Assembly: GCA_046563655.1 (NCBI GenBank)
Contig: CM102286.1
Location: 3,844,001 to 3,908,000, forward strand
DNA from: Yuukianura sp. NJ FZ-2021
Lineage: Eukaryota
Reading direction: 5' to 3'
DNA: 64,000 nt
Shown here: one piece after another, positions 38,281 through 52,135 of the stretch
Layout of the letters: each line of letters begins with the position of its first letter
Numbering within the stretch: position 1 is the stretch's first letter
Translations under genes and position numbers: made by a program
Notes under the pieces: model-generated
Seen by the model: the letters and a program-made list of their open reading frames with translations, nothing else
Database searches by the model: none
What the model was told of the DNA's origin: nothing

Positions 38281-41200
38281 TTACATTTTGCGACAATAGA
38301 AGAAGAAACACGATGTACCGCGACAGCAATCGATGCTCAGACCGCAGTATTTCCCCTTCGCAACACATCTTGTCGGATCACGTACCTGTGCAAGGCAAAA
38401 TGGAATAGTATCACGATTTACTACGTAAATGGTCTGTATTAGACCGCATGTGTACTACACAATATATAGTCAACTCACTGATGGATGCGACCAGGTTGCA
38501 ATCGCACGGTGCGAACATGCACATTTTTAACGTTTTTGGTATATAGCGTTAACTTTCTTAGATGTGGAATAATTTGTTGTACCTTTGCGTCCCATTCGTT
38601 TACATGCTCTATAAATGCGTTGGTAAGCGAATCAGAATTGCTCTTCTGCGGTACCGAAGTTGTGCTGATCGGATGCGGAGCTTCCGGTTTAGATGACGTC
38701 GTCGCCACTGTGAGTTCGGTTGTCGGCACAACAGTTGACGGAGGTATGGTAGGAGGGTGGTCATCTACAGCCAGAATTCGAACGAAATGTACCGTTCTAA
38801 TTACTTTGAATTTCGTGGAATCCGCCAGCGCTTCACATTCGTACATTCCTGCAGTATCCTCCGACGCTTCAGTCAGAACAATTTTGTGTCCAGTAGATTG
38901 ATTTGTCTAAAATTGGCGAATTGAATACCTAAATTATTAACGTCAAATTTAATTTTTGAATTGTAAAGTTGCAATTACTTGGAGACTGACTCCAGAGACT
39001 GGAATGGACTCCAATTGCCATCCGCCGGAATTGTCCTTCGAATACCCAGCGAATGTCGAATCATCTTTGTACCATTTGATCATTTTGTCTGTGTAAAAAC
39101 TTCTTCGTGCCGTGAAGTGTGTGTTGCAATTCAACGTAAAGGAACATCCTTCCCTAACTTCGGGATCGGGAAGTTCAATACAAAAACATAATATTATATT
39201 GATTGTGTTTTTTGATTAATTTATTTATAATTTAAAATTTTATATTCGAAAAATACCGTAAATCACAGACGAGTTGACGTAATCTGCTTGAGGCTTGCAA
39301 TCTAAATCCTGACGTGGACGCTGAGTCGTCCGTGTTACCTGGTCTTGGCGAGACTCACATTGAGGGATGTCGCCATCCCAAGCAGCCTCATGCGCATGAA
39401 CAGATAAGCATGTCAAAGTATCTGGACCAATCAGCCTAAACCCAGGATTACACGTAAAGTTAACCATTGAACCCAGCATGTTGTGAGGTAACGTGAAATA
39501 TCCATTTCTGATTGGTGGAATGGTACTGCACATGGGCAACCCAGTTCCAGAAGCATTACGACTGAATTCAAACTCCTCGACGCTTTTTCTAGTGTAGTTT
39601 GCAAATTCCAAGTTTCCGCCACTGGCAGCCCAGTCGAAAAGACATTCTGAGGAGTTTGCGCAGAGTGCAGAAACATCTGAAGGAACGTTTAGCGAAGTGT
39701 CACGTTCAAACCAAGGCTCAAAGTGTACATTCGAATATGACTCCCAGGATTTTCCATTACCGTAGGTAAACAGCGACTCATTTTCTGCTACTGACCACTG
39801 GAGACCAAAGTTGTAATGAATTGATTTCGAGTCTGATTCTGGATTTATTACAGTTCCATTTGGCAGCATCAAGTCGTTGGCTGCACTTTCATCAAAATTT
39901 CCAAAAAGCCCTTTGAGGTTTCCAATATTCCAAGGTTTGTTGCTCACGGATGCTTGCAGGTTCAATGATCTCCAACTTTTGCTGACAACGAAAGTAAATC
40001 CAGCAGAAAAAACGATAATCACTCGTTCTCTGGAAGGTTCGTGTAAAATCCGAATACCCGCTGCCACTACTTCTTCGGTCACATTTGGCGGGAACGGAAT
40101 TAAAATTCGGTTGAGTGAAACACTTATTCCTGAACTTGTTGCTTCTACTTGAATTCGAGAAGCGCGATTTTCAAGAACGTAGGCAGTACAAACCGAAGCG
40201 AATCCAGAACCGAGTGGTTCCATTCTACCCTGAACCGACAGCATTCCGTTGCTCATCTTCACCATCCAGAACTCTCCAACACCATTGAACATGTATGACA
40301 ATCCGTCAAACGTAGTTATGTGCGGATCGCCAACGGATTTAGCCAATGCTGGCGGTACGTACCCATGACCATTGTCAGCCGGACGCTTCTCAAAGTATTT
40401 GTCACAATTGTTAGAATATTTACAACAATCACAGTATGGTTTCACATCTTTCCACCAATGCGAAAAGTTTCCAGCAGCATCTACAGTTCCACGTCCAGGA
40501 CCATCTATGATCAAACTTCCAGAAGCATCGTAAACACACTGCTGCCTGGCTCCTGTCCAGCTAAGTACTGCTTGTCTAAAAGCAGTAACTCCACCAGGAT
40601 AAAAGTATTCCCGGTCATAAAATGCTTCGTCAATACTAAACCTGTAATCGACAAATGCTTGATGTACTGTAGATGGACACGGTTCGAGACCATCCTGGAT
40701 CACTCCTGGATCGGTGTTATACCATTCGATGCATCGTTCTTTGTAACTGGCGAAGTTCATGTCAAGGTGAGTGAAAATCGGAGCACACATTGCCTTTGAA
40801 ACGAAAGATTTCAAGTTTGAAGCCAACGATTCTACAAATCCAACTGTGTTTGGAATGTTGCCAAGATGTCGCTCGTTTCCGGAAACAGTCGGCGTTAGCC
40901 TGACTGCCATTGTTGAAACTTTGAATCCTTGAGTGAGCTGTCCAGAATATTGTCCAGTATTTCTTATTTGAGTGAAAAGTGGCATTTCCTGGAACGTGTT
41001 GTTTTCAAACGTCAAAACAGAAACATTTAAGAATGTCACCGTCTGGCTGAAAATGTCCAAATTCCAACGTATTGTTATAATTTTGTGATCTCCAGCCACA
41101 GAAACGTTTACAAAACGCTTTGCCTCTGTAACATAAACATGACCTTGGTATACTTCATCCCCCTTGTGCAGCTCCAACTTGAGTCGACCATACTTCTGAA

Positions 41201-42386
41201 TGTAAGGGAGTTGGCAATATGTCAAAGAGTTAATTGGATCAACTACGGCTGGAACGTTAAGCGCATCGGGATTGTCGTAAAAGTAGCAAGTAGCATTGAC
41301 TGAACTGTTTGTGTACGTCAATCCAGAACTGTAAAGTGACACGTATTGCCTCGACAGACCACTGACAAATGGTGGGGTTACTGTTAGGTGTTGAAGTTCG
41401 TTTTGTCTGGAAACATCCGCAGGAACAAATCCACTGTCCACTTGGAAAATCCAAGTTCCAGGTTCATCTATGTTGGACTTTGTGACCAAGTCGAGTACAG
41501 AATCGGTACAGCTCCCTTGAATGTCGTAGAACGTAGCGCCATTGCCTACGTCAAACCCAGCTTTAGCCGGAGTTCCACCTAGTCCTGCGCAGTTCCCTCC
41601 TCCAGCACGGTGATTGGTTCCTGTAGTCCAGCGCAGAGTCTCGTAAAAAATTAAGACGAATGATTGGGTACCGTCAGTCGCCAGAATAACCTTAAAAATA
41701 CAAAAATTTCGAGATCTTAAAATTTAAACTCACTTTTAACATTTTAATGAAAAAGCCTTACTTGAAAAGTATTTGCGAGGTCAGGGGGATACTTCCCGCA
41801 AACAGTACTTCTTCTGTACACTGCAACTTTGTGCCAAGTGACCACATAGAGCCAGTTTAGTGTCAAATCAATATTAGGAAATCCTTTTCTGATGTACGAT
41901 TCAGCATTTCTTAAGAGACTTTCATTCTTCGTCTCTCGCATATACAGATTCCCACCATTTTTGAGGTCAACATCAGCCCAATAAGGGGCGACCATCGCAC
42001 TTTCATCATCCAAAGCACCACATTTTGGTACGTACTCGTTCACTCCTAAAATGTTAAAAATTTTCTATATTAATAATTTTATTTTTGTTATGAACACTAA
42101 AAATTCCTACAAAAAGTTTTTGTTAACCTTTGACAAACGAAATGGCGCCATTGACGTTCACAAACAGTTGATTGTGTCTGGAATTGAAGAATTTGAACGG
42201 AGTTGTCGTTGGAATGGGTCCGATGAATCCGTCGTCCGTTGCTGGCGCTGAAATGTCACCAACTTCAGTTCCAAATGGAAACATTAGCGTGTCATTATGA
42301 AGTTGTCCAGAAACTAGCACAGTACATGCTGTCAATGTTAAAATATTTCGAAAAAACCGTATTTGGAACTGGGCCAAAACTTTCAT
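38281..42386 (-). CDS. SUSD2/Mesh/MUC4-like secreted protein: NIDO, AMOP, VWD, Sushi, Ig-like, T/P-rich linker, C-terminal knottin
   Basis: Approximate exons 42386-42129, 42045-41762, 41691-39256, 39157-38979, 38907-38583 and 38385-38281. NIDO (VNVNGAISF, APYWADVD, NTFQVILATDG), AMOP (PCPST, QQCVYD, PYCDCC), VWD (GDPHITTFDGLSYMFNGVGEF), Sushi (CNPGFRLIG..W..C) and Ig (C..W..DTAGMYEC). No TM helix seen. Confidence 0.85.
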
Positions 42387-43968
42387 TTTTATTGTTTTCT
42401 CCAGTTATAAATCCTCTTTAAATGACCTTCAAAAATTTGAAATGAGTTTGAATCAAAATTTTAGTCAAAGAGTGTTTCAAACTTTAAAATGTTTCAACAT
42501 GTCGTCAATGTTTCCACAATGTTTTTTAAAACAAAATTTTAGCAATAACTTCAGTAAAATTGAGTGGAACAAGAATCACTAAATTGCAAGCATCAACTGG
42601 TTTTTATAGGCTGTATAGAAGTTGTTATGTAAAAGCTTATCAATATTTCTCAGAAGCAAAGGTCAAAGGTCAATATCACCACTTAGCTCAAGTTACGAAG
42701 CTTTTCAAATAGTTTTTTAAGTACTGGAGTCAAGGTTTCGATTTTTTTTTGGGGACAATTTATTGCCCAAAGTTTGCAAAGCAATAAAAGCGTACTAGTG
42801 TTTTTGGCGTATGCGTGGATCATTTCCTTTCCTTTTACATTATGCTTTCTCCTCGCTTCCTTCCTTACAAAGTTCTCATTTGCTACAAGCATTTTGTGGA
42901 GCTCCCGCCGGTTTTGTGACACAAAAGCGACTTTCTCCTTAAAATTCTTCAGTCAGCTTTGAGCCTTCTTCTGGAATTGACACAAACGGGAATTCAGTAA
43001 GGTCAAAGGTCAACGGCAGTGACCAAGCCAATGTCAGTTGTCCAATTACTTGACACAGCGTCTTTTAGAAAAGATATCTCGTTATAGTTCCATGTGCTTC
43101 CGTTGAGGAAATCTCCTAAAGTTGTTCCTAATGAATCCATGGCTCATTGGGATCGTGATAATCTTCATCGTAGCTTTCCTTTTCGTCGTCGCTTGTGTCA
43201 TCCACAACTTTTTCTTTCTGGAACACTAGAAACGGAACAACTTGAGACAATTCAAGTCACATCCGCCGCTCTCACTTACATTTTTTTCTACTTCTGGAAC
43301 TTCTGGGACCCAGCAGCACCCATTGCTACTTTGAAAAGTAATTATTGTCATCCGAAAGCCAGCAGAAGGCTACGTTTCGTCCTTAGCACTTGAAACACGC
43401 GCTCCATTCTTCCCCATTTCTGCCTATTTTTGGAATAAAAGTTGACATGGATAGGGTGCTGCTGGTGCTGGATGGTGAAGGAGATTTCCATCCCAGTACG
43501 AAACTTTTTTCTGGAAGTAGTGACAGGAAAATTGTCATTTTTCTTCAGGAGCGGAAGGAATGCTGAGCTTAGCTGAGGAGGCTAAGGTGGAAGATCCAGC
43601 AGTAGGACTCCAGTAGCCGAAATCTTCGGATCACTATTCATTTCAACTGACAAGTCAAAGTGTCTTTCCCAAAAGGAACGACGACGTGCATGTTCCATCT
43701 TTTGTTAAAAAGACGCTTTTCGTTCCATTCTCATCGAAGTTGACTAGTTTTTGTCCGTTCAAAATGAAACTGAAACTTGAGATATTAGAATTCAGAAGAC
43801 GTCAGAAGAGAAAAGTGAGTGAGTGCTGAGCATGCAAGTAGCGGGAGGGAAAGTTGGAGGAAAGTTTTGCTGGAGTCTATTAAAAAGACTGGTTCTGTTA
43901 CTACTGGCTGAACCTTACTGCTGGAAGTGCCACTGCTCAAGGTTAGGTTAGGTCTTTAGCCTAACCTG

Positions 43969-46900
43969 ATGGAGAATGAAAGTTCTACGGCGTTGCGGGG
44001 GACAAGGGATTTGACTTTGCCAGCAGAATATGCCAAAGGACGGAAAATCTCATTAAATCCTTCAGCCTTTGGAAGTGCACAGGTAAGCACCACAGGGAAA
44101 GTTAATCTCATCCCATTTTCACACGGTAGAGAGGCCAAGCACTTTGGAAATTTGTGCTTCTTCAAGCGGTCACGCGGAGATGGTTTTTAAACCGCCAAAT
44201 TTTCAAATCCAACTTTTCGATTTTGGTCTGAAGAGGCTGAAAAAACAAAGGAATTTGAGGAAAAGCGAAAGTTTTTGTTTCCGCTAAAAGTCGGACTAAA
44301 TTTAGATTAGGCTTACGTTAGGTTTGGTTTTAGAAAAAACCTGAACAATGCAAAGGTTTTTTTGTTATAGTTTTGGAAACTGGTATGAAGAGCCGCCTCA
44401 ATTCTTCTTTTGTTCTGAACAAATTCGCCTGTACAGCACATGTTCCTTGCAAAAATTTTGGAAGACTTCGCAAAAAAATTGAAGTAATTTGCAAAAACAA
44501 AGCTTTAGGAAGACACGCAACCATTTTATAAACTTTTTTTTATCGCTTTCTCAACCTTGGATGGAGTTACTTTTATGGAGATGTTGTTTGTATCCAGAAC
44601 ATCCAAATTCAATTGAGCGTCGATTTCACACTAACATTTTTGCGTTTTACTTTAGAATCGGATTTGACGACTGAGTTGAGCCAATTTTCAAGTAAAAAGA
44701 GTTATGGGCTGTTAACATTTTTTACTACTGTGGGCATAAAATTCAACTTTTATGAGAAACTTGGTTGCTTAGTTTTCAAAAAAAAAACTTTTTAGTACTT
44801 AGAATGAACCTGCTGCTGCTTAAGGGTCATGTTTTACTCCAATGTTTAGAACACAGGAGATCACTTTGGCCAAAGGTTGGGCGGACCCCTTGTCATTTCC
44901 TCTTCCTCTTTTAATTTCCTTTTGACGCAGAAGAGTACAGTGGAGCATGGAATTAAATTAGGAAAGCCCAACAGAATTTTGGCATTTGCTTCTGCTACTA
45001 TTATATTTCAAGTGCTTTTAGCACCTCTCATCCAGGAAACTCCGTTCATGCATGCTTGGATCCCAGAGATTCCAGCGTACTTGGGCTTTAGATTCACAAT
45101 CATGAAACACAAAATCAGTTCCTGTCTTTGTTTGGGTTTGAAAAGGAAGGTTCAATCAACGCAGCAGAAACTTGAAAAAACTCTTTTGTTGAATAAGTTG
45201 AAAAATGGATGGGAGATACAATGGAATAGGCGTGTCAAATTTCAAATGTAGGCATTCGAAAGTTGAAATTCACATTTAAAAAAAATTCTCGAAACGTTCT
45301 TGTTTCTGGAAATTGTTGATTCTTGTTTAACTTTTGTGCTGTGACGCCTGATTGTTTTAAGCTGCTAAACTCAATTAACGTTAAACAATTGATTATTGTT
45401 TTGTGGAAATTAATTTAAATTAATGTTTTGTGTTACTAGATGAGCGGAAAACAAGAGCTGCCGCCATTTGCAACGTTGAGAGACAAATGTGACCGCGTGG
45501 GACATTTGAAAAAACTGTGTGGGCGAGGTCTGCTGAGTGCTGGAACATGGAAGGACAGAACGTGCGTCCTGTACCAAAATCAATTGTATCTTTACGAGCA
45601 CCAGGTAATTTTGCCCGGGAGAATCAAGAGTCACCCACCGTAAGCCATTAGCAGTGGGTACCAAGTTTCAATTTGAGTCAAAATTTGAAGTCAAAGTGAT
45701 CCCTGGGGAGACTCAAAAAAGTCATCAAAGTGTTTGCAGTTAGTTGACTTATGACTCATGTGGTTTTGTCGCTAGGATTCAGCAGAGTCAGAGCTCAAAG
45801 GGAACTCAACAGGCGTCGTTCTGGATCTGGGGTCACTAGATTCCGTTCGGGAGGCTCCAACGCGTGTCACACGAAAAGCTGCTAATGTCTTCCTGCTGGG
45901 GTCCACCGAAAAAGGATTTTTCGACACGTCTGCGGTGAGCTTTTCATAAAATTTATGAACATTTTGAGCCAGCAGAAAAACAATTTGTTCTACAAAAGTT
46001 TGCCGAGTTTGGGTTTCTTCAAAAAAAAAAAACAATTTAATTTCAAACTTGCTTCATTTTTTTACATTAGGTTATTAATTTTAAGTTTAAAACTAATGCT
46101 AGACCGCACGTTGAGTAACGAAATTAGAATGAAAAGCTGAACTAATGTACAAGGATGTGGAAGTTTCTTGAAACAGAAGCGGACTGAAGTGCTCCACTTC
46201 AAAAGTCTGCGTAAGCGTAAATGTTTAAGAGTTCGCCTCATTAGTGCCGAGGCGGAAGAAGAAAATCAATTACTAACTTCAAAAAAGTATGAAGACTCTT
46301 GTGCATGGGCTTTCTATTCTATTCACATTTAGAAGACGCTGGAGTCGATCCAGGATTCAACATAATAGTTCTGGAAAACTTGAAATTTTTTGAAACCAAG
46401 GGAATTTTCTTCTACCACAAAAGCGGCATATCGATCCAATCCAAAATGCTTTTCAAATTGCCAACTTTACTGCAGAGTTGGCAAAGTATTCGAATGTGTA
46501 AATTTTCTCAATTGGATACTTCCAATTAAAGTTTTTTTAAAATGAAGATTCTGATTTGTTTTCAAAAAATTTGGTTAGAAAAGACGAAACAAAATTTCAT
46601 TTGTAAAGCTTTCATTGACCAACATTTTAAATTAACAAACTCAGATTACAAAAAAAAAAAAACATTTTTCATAAATCGAATCAAGCTCAGCGATGAAAAC
46701 AGGAATTAAATTTTCGAAAAGCGAAATAAAAAACAGTCAAAACGATTTACTAGCTTTCACCGTAATGAATTTCAAAAATTATAGACTCCCAACATGTCAT
46801 TAATTTAAAAAGCACTGAATTCCACTTTTTTCAAGAAAAAAGTGTTAGTTTTTTAAAAGAAAATACAAAAACAGAAAAACTGCCTGGAGTGAAAGACTTA

Positions 46901-49900
46901 GTAAAGAAAAGAGGGGCGAATTGAAAGATTGATGACAGGAACGTGCCAATACCAAAACAACGTGCAGAACACCAAAAAAATCAGTTGTCACTTCCAGCAC
47001 TTTTTTTGTTAATATTTTTTGTTTCAAATTTCGTGCCGTTTCATCCGGCAGCAGGAAGAGTGATAGAAAGAAAAAGTAAGAGAAAAGGGATTAAGTCGTC
47101 TTTTGTTCTCGGCGTGGCGCAGGTTTTTGAAATAGATTTTAGCCAAGTCTGAAATAAATTTTGTATTGTCCATATCTGAAACTTAGTTTTTTTTTGTCAT
47201 ACTTTATGCTTTCCCTTTGTGTTTTGATTAGAATCGACACTACTTTGCCGCCAAGACGCTGTCGGAAATGAAGGACTGGGTGAGCGTTCTTAGTTGTTGC
47301 ATGGAGAGTGAAAGGCGGAGAAAGGAAAGTGGCACTTGTCGGCAACTACCGACGCCTGCCACTCCACCATCAATCGGCAGCAGAGTAAACCATTACATCC
47401 ACAAGGTTAGTTTCAATTCTGCTCAAAATCTTACTCGTTCAACACTGATCCCACCATAGGCTTCACTATAGAGCCACCATCAGTAGCAAATGGGCGGAAC
47501 AGAAACTTTCCCTATTATGCTTAAATACACTTTCTTTTCTTGAACCCATTACTATGATGTGACTGTGTTGAGATATTTGCAGTAAAAAACCGAAAACCAC
47601 TTTCACGGTTTCTGTCTGGACGGAGAGCCATTACGCCAAAACTGTCTACTTCACAAAAAACTTATGGCACAATAATCAATTTCAATCAAAAGTTGGTTTA
47701 GAGCGGATTTGAACTTCAAAAAAGTACAAGAATAAGTTAAGTGAAGCGTGGGAGGGAATTTTGAAATTACCGAGAATAGCTTAGGTGACATTTCATTCAT
47801 AAATTTTGAAAGCCTATAGTTAATGTTTTTGGAACTCTGATGACATGTGGTGTGTCACAACCACAATGGCGTCATTTATTCCACCCCTTTGTCATGAGTT
47901 ACACAGCGCTGTCAATTTTAGTTCCTAACAACACCATAACATTCACTCATTTTCTGCATACTTCAGCAAGTTTTTTCATGGGTTTGCTAAATTTTCAAAT
48001 AGGACTATTCAATTTTAAAGATATGCCGAGCAGATCACAAAAAAGTTGACAACCGGAATGTAAGTCTCAAAAATTTCTCCGGGAATGAGAACGACGTGAA
48101 GAGTTGGAAAAACTTTGAAAAAAAGAAAGAAAAACAAGACCAAAAAACAAACAAAATCAGAGATGCATAAATCTACATGAATGTATTTACTGGTTTTGTT
48201 TTTGGCGTACTTATTTTTTCGTTTTTTTTTTTGGTTTCCGCTCTGTAACTATTGTCTGTTTACATTATGATTATGAATATCCAGCCTAATGCGTTACCCA
48301 CTCATAAGTGTAATGGCAGGTTTGAAAAAAAATTCGGCTCCAAAAACTGTTTGGATGAGTTGTGACGTATATGCTGAAAGCGTTTGTCTACTTTGGCATA
48401 AAATGTCACCCATGGATAAACGACATGGGTTTTTTTTTTATTATGTCGAAAGCTGCTTTAGTGCTTTCTTGCTCAATTTACCTTTTCCAGGGAAGGAAAT
48501 CATAAATAATTTTTGGTAAAAACGGGCGTAATTTTGTGCAATTTTTACTCACAGTAAGTCCAGTGAATTTAGTTACTGATAGAATATTCAAAAATATTGA
48601 AGAGGATTTTTTTGGCTTGAAGTGAAGGAAGTGACTTCAACCACAAGTATAAAAAAAAAGAATAGCAAGAGGTGTGTAAACAAACTTTTACATTTGACTA
48701 CGCCAACTACTTAACTGGAGACTGATACCAAAGACCGGGCGCTGACTCATTCGCTGATTTTAGTATGTCAGTGTCAATTGAATATTGTACTAGTTACAAG
48801 AAACCTTTGTTCCAACTTTCACTACGTGCCAGATTTTAGTTTTAAAAAATTTCGTTCTTGAAAACTCGACTTTAAGCTAACATTTTTGGTAAGTTTCACA
48901 GTTTGACACGCAATTATTGCATTAAGCCGACTTTCGCATAAAAAAATGTACAAAATAATTGCAAAATTTCAACCATCAAAACGCTCTAAAATTTGAATTT
49001 TAAATGTCAAAACGCTTTTATTATTTTAGGATTTGAACACCGAGGAATTCAAAATGTCAGCAGCCGTCTTGACCACTCTACCGAGGGAGTCTATGCTGGA
49101 ACCCTTGAACTGCGCAGTGTCCAAGACCCGTGCCAAGGGACCACCAGGCAGAAGACTTCCACGATCCAAGAAAAGCATGGACGCACTTCTAGATGAAACT
49201 CGAGCCGAGTCACCCAGCCAAGTCGTTTTTCGAGACAACCGAGGAAGAGCCACAAGCCTATCAGCCCTTGAATACTCACAAAGTCCAGTTGACCTCCGTC
49301 CAGAACCAAGGTTGAGTCAAACAGGACAGGGACTTGCAGTTCAGTGTGAACCTACATTGACTAACAGTAATCCTAACATGTCTTTTGACTTTGAGAGAGC
49401 ATGGTTTTTGAAACTCCCGGGTGAAAATACGTCGGATTACTCCAGTCTCCATGAGGATTTGGGTGGGGATGGTTCATCTGACCACCGCAGTAGTCTCAGC
49501 AGCAGTCCAATGCCACCACCACCGGAGGAAGTAACTACAAAGAGATCCAGGAATCAGTCAGCCAGCAATAGAAACTCTCGTCCAGTTTCTACGGCAAACA
49601 GACCTTTTTGTTGCTTACTCTAAACTGTATACCGTAATTCTTCTAATAACCGCCCGGGCGTTTGTTAAAAATGACATCTACTGCCCCCGACATTGGCGTA
49701 TATACAAAAATTTAAACTTTTATCCTCGGGGCTTGTTAGAGACCGACGTTTAGTTGAAGTTTTACGGTACTCAGAGCGTGTTGCACTAACAAGTTCGAGT
49801 CAATGTAAGTTTAATACTCATCAGGCAAAAAAAAAATGTTACGGTTATATCTGAAACATATTGAGATTATAGCACTAACAAATTTTCAAGGTATACACCA

Positions 49901-52135
49901 AATTTAAAAATTTCGTGAACGTTTGTGTTTTTTCATAAAAAAAACTAGGTTTTGTTTGTTTGATAGCTTTGTTATTAAAATTGTTAAACAAAGTTTGAAG
50001 ATGACACGAAAGTTGTTACAGTTGTTTGAGATTGTGATAATACATTTGAACAATTTGAAAAATGTGGTGGACGCGTTACTTTAGAAAAAATAACTTTAGC
50101 AATAACAAATAAAACTTTTCTAATTTGAACCGCAATTGCTTTTTGAAGCTGAAGTTTTCTACGACACGTGGCGGCCATTTCTATAAGTTTGAAAAAAAAA
50201 ACCTGAAAACAATGTATGTACTAAAAAAAACTAACCATTTTGAAAAAAAAACTCAACGCACAACTCCTGTGTTAATGGCTTTATTGACATATATATGAGC
50301 AAGTTAAGCGTGACTATTGTCTCGTTTCTAGTTTCAGAATTGAAAACTTTAACAAGTGCTGATACACACTATTTCAAGCTTGAGTTAACACTTTCACTGG
50401 CGTTCTTGTTTCTATTCCACTTTTACAGAATTTGAAACCATAATTTTAAAACTTTGTTTTTCGAAAGCTTGTCTTGTCTCGTTTTGTTTTTGTGTATTTT
50501 CATGTTGCATGGTACCTTCCGTTTTTGCTTTCTCCACTCCATTTGACCTCTAGAGGAGTCAAAAACAGAGACTTATTGATTCGTTTTTGAATATAAAAAT
50601 ATCTTGTGTTAGGAGACGGAGAGAAAGGAGTAGTGGTGGCAGAAAAACTAATCAGGAGTTCAATTCCCCGAAAACTGATACGGTCGACTTGGCTTACTCA
50701 CGACACTACATTTCATCTGATGATGATGACTCACACGGTAGTCAACGCGGTCGGATTCAAACGCTAAGGGCCTTCAAGTACCCCGGAAATTCTGAAGTAG
50801 GCTCTACTGAACCTGCACAACGTCAAGTGGCCGTTCCGCAAGTCAAAGCGGGAACGCCAAGTAGCTTTAAACTTATTCGAAGAAATTTGCCTAGGGGTAT
50901 AATTTTTTTTTGAATTCAACTATAAACTATGCAGGTTAGCAACTGGACATGCCTGAACTAGTTGCATTTTTGTGTTTTTAGGTGGAACGCCAGTTCGATA
51001 CTCAGCTTCGATGACTCCGCCACCATGTTTGTTACGCAAACAACGTCAGGAAGATGGCGCTGGACGACAAAAGCGAGACAAGGTCACACGGAGCGAGGTC
51101 AACTGGGCTTTAGCCGAAAAGGAGAAACCTTACCATTCATCTGCAAGTAGCCTCAGCACGCTGACTGATGAACATGTTACATGCAAACAGCCGATTCAGA
51201 CAGAAAATTTGGTTGGAGAGTGCTGCCAGCAGCGGCACAGTTTTTTAAAAAGTCACGCAGAAGTTGAGTCAGGCGATAATTACTCATCTTTGAAACGGAA
51301 AGTATCGAGACAAAACATTGCCGTTGGATCGCCACAGTTTCAAAGTCGACTAGCTCAGCCTGCTGTTCCTTCTCCGTTAATTAACAATGGAAATTGTTAT
51401 GCTATGGATGCACATGATTTGAAAAGAAATTCAGTCATGAGCGTTTACGATCATCGATCGGAATTCAAAAGTACTGAAAGTGAAATTTCAAATTTGTGCG
51501 CCAGTATCGAAGCGCTAAAGGATAAGGTGACACGACTCACAGCTCCAATTTCACATGCAGCTAAACAAATTTCGTCTTCAATCAAAGTACCCAGTTTCAA
51601 AATTCCAAAATTTAACAAATATTAAAAAATAGTAGAATTATTTTTTGAAAATGTATTTATAGCTTGAAATTTTTGTTGTTTTTTTCAGGAGGCGAACGAC
51701 TTAAGAACTGAAGCCATTCAAATTTGCGATTTGGCCAAAAGCTCAAAATCGACTTTTGACAAGTTAACGGAAGAGGCAGAAGGACTTGTTGAGTTTCTGC
51801 GTCGAATCGCTGCATGTCAGTCACAAAAACAAATTTGCTCATGTGCACAACCTGTCACGTCGAATGGTCAAAATGGTCACTCAAATACACTGCCTACTCG
51901 TAAAACGCATTCAAACTCTACGACCTGTAAATCAAAAGAAGTTGAACGTTCACTAGAGTGCATTGTGGAGACGCCGAGTTACATTTCAACTCAGCAGAGT
52001 TTTGCGCAGAAGCAAACTCGACGTAGACATGGTCGTCATCGTTCCAAATCTGAATCAGATTCATCTGACCCCAGTTCATCAGATAACGAAACCAAAGTAA
52101 GCGTAGTGCAGAAGGCACAGTACCACAAGTCATAA
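43969..52135 (+). CDS. PH-domain protein with capping-protein-interaction-like motif and coiled coil (PLEKHO/CKIP-1-like)
   Basis: Exons at 43969-44082, 45440-45604 (GHLKKLCGRG...WKDRTCVLYQNQLYLYE), 45776-45934, 47232-47404 (YFAAKTLSEMKDWVSVL), 49031- (LNCAVSKTRAKGPPGRRLP), 50613-, 50983- and 51689-52135. The 3' exon joins are uncertain. Confidence 0.7.
49632..49767. mobile_element. Small Tc1/mariner-type MITE
   Basis: TA|ccgtaattcttctaata ... tagttgaagttttacgg|TA imperfect TIR with TA duplication; internal gcccggg/tcggggc inverted pair. Confidence 0.5.

Noticed and set aside
39877..40799. Plus-strand ORFs of 91 and 159 aa
   Set aside because: Antisense shadows of the long AMOP/VWD exon.
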